This document shows positions 58,160-64,000 of a stretch of DNA of 64,000 nt, one piece after another. This DNA comes from Rebecca billardiae RCC1528 (Eukaryota > Protista > Haptophyta), in assembly GCA_965240325.2 (NCBI GenBank), contig OZ251246.1, positions 1,178,001-1,242,000 on the forward strand, in the 5' to 3' direction. Both the position numbers and the translations under genes were made by a program. The notes beneath the pieces were generated by a model. The model saw nothing but the letters and a program-made list of their open reading frames with translations, searched no databases and was not told the DNA's origin. Every line of letters starts with the position of its first letter. The first letter of the stretch is position 1.

Positions 58160-61100
58160 CAGGCGTATTCTAGGTGGGTCCCTGGCGATTTTCCAGCGGT
58201 CTTTTAAACATTTACCGGGTTCTCTGGCCGGATTTCTTTCGCGCGGGGCGCGGCTCGGGAAAATCGCCGGGCCGCCGGCCGAGGTCCGATCTGAACGCTC
58301 CCGACGATGTCGGAGTGCCTCTCCAGCGCGACCGAGCCGCCGTGTGTCGGGTAGACTACTGCCAACACCTATCGCGCGCTCCAGCGCTTTGCGCGTGCTC
58401 ACGGATGGGATCCGTGGTCACACATCCCCCGCCTGGCACGTGCCCGCATGTTTGACTCTCGCCCGGCTAGACGCGTACAGACAACTTGAATCGATCGGCA
58501 GGTGTTCGACCCGAGCCTTCGAGCAGGGTCACTTTTCGCTACAGGCGGGTCAGGCGACGGGAGGCATGGGTCACCATCAGGCATGTGCATACTCTTGACG
58601 CTCCCGCCATCTTGAGCAGCTCTACGCACCGTGAAGGTGACAATTGGGCTGCGCGCAAGCTGCTCGTGAGAACGCACGACAGCCAGCCCCGGGCTCTCGG
58701 GGAGCCATGTGAGCGATTGGCGACTTCCGAGAGGGCGTGTTTGGTGGGGGTTGGTACCAATCATCGACCAGCAGGCCTGGGATGGGTGCACTGAGGACTT
58801 GGGATGCTGAGAAGCCGCCGCGATGTGCATCGAGCACGCTGACTTGCCATCCGTGTGCACGATCAAGCGCCAGGAAGATCAGCAGGGCCTTTGACAGCGG
58901 CAGCAGGCGCTCAGCGATCCTTCCCTATGCCGAGTGTGGGCATAATATGCGGTGCTCGAGCGTGGCCGCAGGATATGGGTCCATTCTTGACAGAACGCGG
59001 TCGCGTTGACAGGCGCGGGTGCCACCCCACGCTGTTGCTCCTGCCATCGGGTGGTCCCACTCGTTCCGCTTGTTATCTGCGAAGACTCGTACTCAGCAAA
59101 TCTACGGCTAGGCGTGGTAGACCCCTCAGACGCATGTCTGATGATTGCCCGGCACGTTCTCGTCGTCACGTTGGGTGTACTTGAGCGAGCGGAAGCCGCA
59201 ACGTGATGGCTAGGCCAGCAGCTCAACCAATGAACCATCTGACGTCTCGCCGGCCAACTGGCTGAGTGCTCGAGAGATCAGCCTAGCAGCAGCGTCGGTG
59301 AACCTATCGTATTGCTGCCTGGCAAGAAGATTGTAGGAGGTATCGTCGACGGCATGGGCTGCAGCTGCGGTAGTCGTGGACTGGTGGCGGCCTCACGCGG
59401 GTGGGCATACGACGACCGGTGACACGCGGAGTACGAGCACGGAAGCCGCCGAGCGCGGCAAGCTCCGGCGGTGGCGTTGGCTGATAGTCCAGCCTCGACG
59501 GCGGAGGGCTCCCGTGTGACGACGGTGGCATGCTCGGTGGCGGGCGATGATGCGTGCCTCGGCACGCAGCCCGCCACAAACACTGCCACTCGCAGGCAGT
59601 CCGGTTGCGGCCCGGTTTGCCTGTGTCCGCGTCGCTCGGCGCCTATTCGATGACCCAACAAACGTACCCACATATCGGAACGAATTTGAATATATAGTGA
59701 GCCACATCCACGGTCAATATAAAGTGGGTAACCGTCGTTCTATATACGGGTAATTGGCTATATACAAAGTGGGTAATCTGCTCGATCTTGCTGTAGTTTG
59801 TTGGAGGTATCCGCGCACAGCATAGAGCCCCACTCTTTGCTTCATAAAATGGTTCGGTCGGGTGTCAACGGTTGCCAATAAGTCATTCCGATCGCATGTC
59901 GCCATCTAGCCACCATAACCATCAAGTAACGCTTCGCAAAATCTCTATGTGACACTAGTGGCGCGGCGCGCGCGCGCTCGGCCGCGCGACGGCACGCGGA
60001 GTAGGTTTTGAGGTCGAAACTTTTGCTCCGCCCCGATGGGACGCATTTATAGCGTCGATTCTGGGTGAGAGACGAAATCTAGGACGCCATTCTGAGTGCG
60101 CCAGAACATCGCCCCAGTTGGGAGGGACCCACCTACCGGTATTCGGTCTGAACTAGTCGGGCCCGCTGCCGCCCCGCTTAGAGACCCGCTGGGCACTCTC
60201 GCGGTCACCCGCGCCCGGACTCGTATCCGCGCGCGCGGCCCTCGCGCCAGCGCCCTCCTGCTCCTGCGGTCCGATACTATTAGTCGGCGCCGGTGCGCCT
60301 GCCGCCCGGACTGGCGGACTACGTCTAGGTGCCGCCCGATGGCCCGCCTATTTGGCCGACCGGGTCACCGTGACTGACCCGCGCCGGGCGACGGTCCGTC
60401 CGCCGTCGGTATACTTCGCGCGGCTCCGGGCGTACCAGGCCCTAGCCCGCTGTATTGGCGGCTCTGCCCGGCCTAGGTGGGCCCACTGGCTACTGTGGGA
60501 TTATAGTGGCGCAGAGCGCGAGCTCATAGCGCGGTGTTTACTTTCGTCTCGAGCTGGATTCCAGCCCCATGAGATGGCCCCTGGCCTGCCTGGTAAAAAA
60601 ACCAGTGGTACATGCTGTAAATATAGGGCGTAACGGTGACCCTATTTACTTATTGGAATTGGCCTGTGACCAATGTAACGACCATGTAACGGGCGTCTTA
60701 ATCGTGATATATAGGGTCGACAGACGTCACTTTGATATAGCACTTTGATGAGCTGATCATAGGTCTTCAGCAGCATGCACACTCATTGTCACATATACGG
60801 CGTATATGGGCACTCTGAGAATACGGGATAACGACCGTTATACCCGTGCGTTACATATACACCGCCATGCTGATCAGCATGGCTGCCATAGTATTTCAGA
60901 CTGTTTCAGACTGCTCTAGTAGCAGCCGTACGGCGTGCATGTGACACCTAAGAATTTTCCAACCCTTCTACCCTCGAAGGACGAGTCTTAAGGAGCCGTG
61001 GGCAAAGATTGAGCCTAACCGAGTCGCGGCGCCAGCCCGCCGGCCGTGGTCAAGGCAAGCAGGAGTGGGGCACGCGGCGCCGGGCACATCCAGCAGCCCG

Positions 61101-62376
61101 CATTTTGAACACGGCGGACAAGGTTCGTCGAGTGCTCATCTGTGGCGTTCAAGGCAGGCACTGCTACGCATCGAATGCCTTTTCTCGTGCTCCGACCTAA
61201 CCGTTGCTCTACATTGCGACCAAGCTGTGTCCGAGCTGTCCTCAGCTGGACCGTCCTCTGCCTAACTGTGCGCAACGGCCGATTCGTCGCAGCGCCGAGC
61301 TGGCTCGCCGTGGTGTGCGCGCGCGTAGCGATGTGCACTCATCACCGCTTCCTGCGTGGCAGCAGGGCAAGATATGGCTCACTGGTAAGCTGGTACGCCT
61401 GCTGACCGTGCACCGGCGTCGGTGGCGCCGCCAACGTGCTCGGGCAGGCTCACGAAGGGCTCAAATCACTGTTGAACGGATCAACTGTACTGTCCGCAGC
61501 GAGCACGGCGCACAGCGGATGACCAAGCAGAGGCGGGGCGACTGCTGTGCGGCCGCGCGGGGGAGTAGCTAGGCTCTTGAGGTACGCGTAGAGCCATGAC
61601 AGGGCTCAACAAGCGCATCAGCTGCAATCTACCCGGCTCGACGCGCAGCCCGACCTCGTGCAATCGTGTGGCTCGAGGCCCTCCAAGTGGCTCGTAGCCT
61701 CCAAACACCTGAGGAGCGTCGGCACTGAGAGTTAAGTCGAGGCCGGGGAGGTGAGAGACGGCACACGCATCCGCTTTGACCGCTGTTTGACCATCAGATC
61801 CTTCCCCAAGTGCCCACGATCGTGTGAACAGCCACAGCGTTCGGTCACACCGCACAGACTTCCGGGGACCTGACCGACGAGGCGGGCCTCCGCAGGGCCG
61901 CAGAAGTAGCTGGGCATTGCCAGGACACCATGCAGATGCTGTCCCAGTAACGTCCCGGAGTGTCCCAGTTCGTTCACGGGTGTCCCAAGCTCGCGTTGTG
62001 CACGCATTACAATCCCCAAAGCTGTTCCCGTGTTTGAACGCGCGACTGTCGGCGAGAGATGGCAGACCGGGAAGATGACCCAGGTATGAACCGTTCGCAT
62101 GGCTCGTTCCAGAAGGCTACGCAGCATGCCACGGGCGTGCGGCGCAGCGTGCCTCGCATGGCAGGCGGGCAAGCGCGGCGGACAACGCGCTGACGACGCG
62201 CACAGGTCCATCCCGGTCATCGTTTTCGCGATCGATCGGCTTCCCGGACCGGGAGTTCGGCGGCCTGGAAAAAGGGACTTCAAGCGCGAGGAAAAGAGCA
62301 CGGCTGCGGTCCGAAAAAGCCAGAGAGATTGTGTTTTCATTTTTTAATTGCTGTGGGCCCACCTACCCGGCCCGTA
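58160..62376. mobile_element. Lower-GC, gene-free island with degenerate TIR-like ends (TE relics)
   Basis: TAGGTGGGTCCCT at 58171 is inverted at 60123-60135; related gggcccacctacccggcccgTA at 62355-62376; no ORF with host-like codon use. Confidence 0.4.
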
Positions 62377-62870
62377 GGGCCGTACTGAGACTCTGACTCA
62401 GTGAGACGGTCCGACCGTGAGCACTTATTCCGGGACGCGCGACAGGCAGCGCGCGAGTCGTCCGCCGGTTGCTGTTTACTGCTGGCCCGGGGCGCGTGAC
62501 TCTCGAACGATGATGAATCCTCGTCATCTGACATCTGATCAACGGTGCTGCGCTCATCCTCCGCCGAGGGCGAAAGCAATGGACAACATGCTGCTGGCGT
62601 GCTGCGGCGCCCGGAGTGCATCCGCCACTGCTATTCGTCGCGCGATGCGCGCCCGCGGCCAGACGGGCGGGTGCGGCAGGCGAGGCCGCCCCAGCAGCGA
62701 CAGTCGTCGCCGCCGTCGACGCCTTCTCATGCGCGCGCGCGCGCGCCCCGCCCTGCACCGAGTGTGCGCGCGTGCGTGCGCGCGTGCGCGCGTGCTGGGG
62801 CGCGGCGCGGCGGCGGCGTGGGGCGCGCGGCGCGGCGGCAGTCCGCCCGCCCGCGCACGGCTGTCCGCGG

Positions 62871-64000
62871 TCATCGTGACGGCGGCGGCGAGTCCGGCGA
62901 TGTGCGGCCAGTGCGGGTCTTGGCGCCGCTCCCCGCGCCGCCGTCCGCGCCGCCGTTCTGCGTCTGCTGGGCGTGGCCCCACCTGGCCCACCAGGGCGGC
63001 GGGTGCGCGGCGCGCTCCACCTCCGCCTCCTCCGCCGCCTTGCGCTCGGCGGCCGCCTTGCCGTCGTCGAGCCACTTGGCCCAGAAGGGCGGCGGGCGCG
63101 CCGAGCGCTCCTCCGCCTCCTCCGCGCGCACGCGCGCGCGCATCTCCTTGGAGGGCTCGCACGGCCGGATCGCGCGCACGCCCGCCTTCCGGTTCACCTT
63201 GTCCACGTACGCGCGCATACGCTGCTCGACCTTGGCCTCGCCCAGCGCCACCTTGGAGCGGCCGCCGTACTCGAGCGGCAGGTTGGAGGCGGGGATGTAC
63301 TGCAGCAGCTTGCCGCGCTGCACGTCCTTCGCGGTGAGGAACACCAGCTTCGCCTCGCAGATGTCGGACATGATCGGCTTGAGGATGGTGTACAGAGTGT
63401 TGTACCACACCGGCGTGTTCACCACGATGATGCGCGCGGCGCGGTGCGGGTAGTGCTGCGGCCGAGGGCAACGGGCGGAGGGGCGGCGCGCGCACGCGCG
63501 CACGCGCCGCTGAGCGCGCGGCGCGGTGCGGCGTGCGCTGCGGCGTGCGCTGCGGCGTGCGCTGCGCGGTGCGTCCGCTCCCTCCGCGCGTTGCCCTCAC
63601 CGCGTTGGTGAAGGAGACGATGCGCTTGATCAGGTCGAGCAGCTCCAGGGAGAGAGAGTCGAAGGAGAAGCCCGCGCAGTCGAAGAGCACGGTGGCCTGC
63701 GCGCCCTCCTTCGGCGCGGCGATGTTCCACGTGTACTCCGTGTGCCACACGTAGTGCCGAAACCCCATGTAGGGCGAGATGCCGCAGCGCTTGAGCGCGC
63801 CCGCGTCCAGCCGGCCGACCATCTCCCAGTACGTGGGGCGGCCCTCCTTGTCGGGCAGGTGCAGCGCGTGCGGGTAGTGCTTCTTCACGGCGTGGAAGTA
63901 CTTGTGCGGCTCGGTCAGGATCCGGTCCACCCCCTCCGCCTCGCGCCAGCGCAGCGTCGCCGCCCAGCGCCGCTTCGCGCGCTCGAAGGTCTTCTCGGCG
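62871..64000 (-). CDS. SEC14/CRAL-TRIO lipid-binding protein (5' end outside window); intron 63456-63600
   Basis: TLRWR, DKEGRPTYWEMVG, VLFDCAG, |HYPHRAARIIVVNTPVWY, IPASNLPLEYGG. Confidence 0.88.

Noticed and set aside
364-63754. Hundreds of long Arg/Ala/Pro/Gly-rich overlapping ORFs (e.g. 41595-45350 +, 30931-33315 -, 13990-15951 -)
   Set aside because: These are shadow or antisense frames of real genes; stop codons are rare at this GC content and the frames carry no domain motifs.
1-64000. tRNA or rRNA genes
   Set aside because: The few TTCGA-type words (e.g. about 21931 and 58504) lack cloverleaf context, and no rRNA-like sequence was seen.

Overview
This is a very GC-rich, gene-dense eukaryotic nuclear region, not a prokaryotic one. 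About 23 protein-coding genes can be reconstructed, with 20 short spliceosomal introns (GTGCG...CGCAG consensus). Most long ORFs in the supplied track are antisense or shadow frames, or read through introns. The extreme GC, plastid-type targeting peptides and TTAGGG repeats suggest an alga with a secondary plastid, possibly a Pavlovales-like haptophyte (inference only). Recognisable genes: Sel1-repeat/MYND protein, NodZ/FUT8-like fucosyltransferase, amino-acid transporter, ADHFE1, FYV7-like, GDAP2, profilin, COX6C/Cox9-like subunit, RCC1-repeat protein, RPS10, mitochondrial carrier, Lin0512 and DoxX-like proteins, GT90 glycosyltransferase, FKBP, two tandem membrane-anchored beta-carbonic anhydrases, an ankyrin-cyclophilin fusion and a partial SEC14-like gene. 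The most notable candidates are four. (1) A two-TM channel (760-3139) combining the DEG/ENaC 'FPxVxVCN' motif with a compact ectodomain resembling PAC/TMEM206. (2) A ~1725-aa secreted LamG-LRR-(SP)n-LRR-(SP)n-VWD/ITIH-like protein with an Asp-Pro site. (3) A putatively acylated, apicomplexan-style profilin. (4) A ~2650-aa IQ/WW protein with CEP164-like modules. Mobile DNA includes two copies of a TA-flanked MITE, a CACC-terminated TIR element and a TE-like island at about 56-62 kb. All family calls rest on motif recognition by eye; no searches were run.
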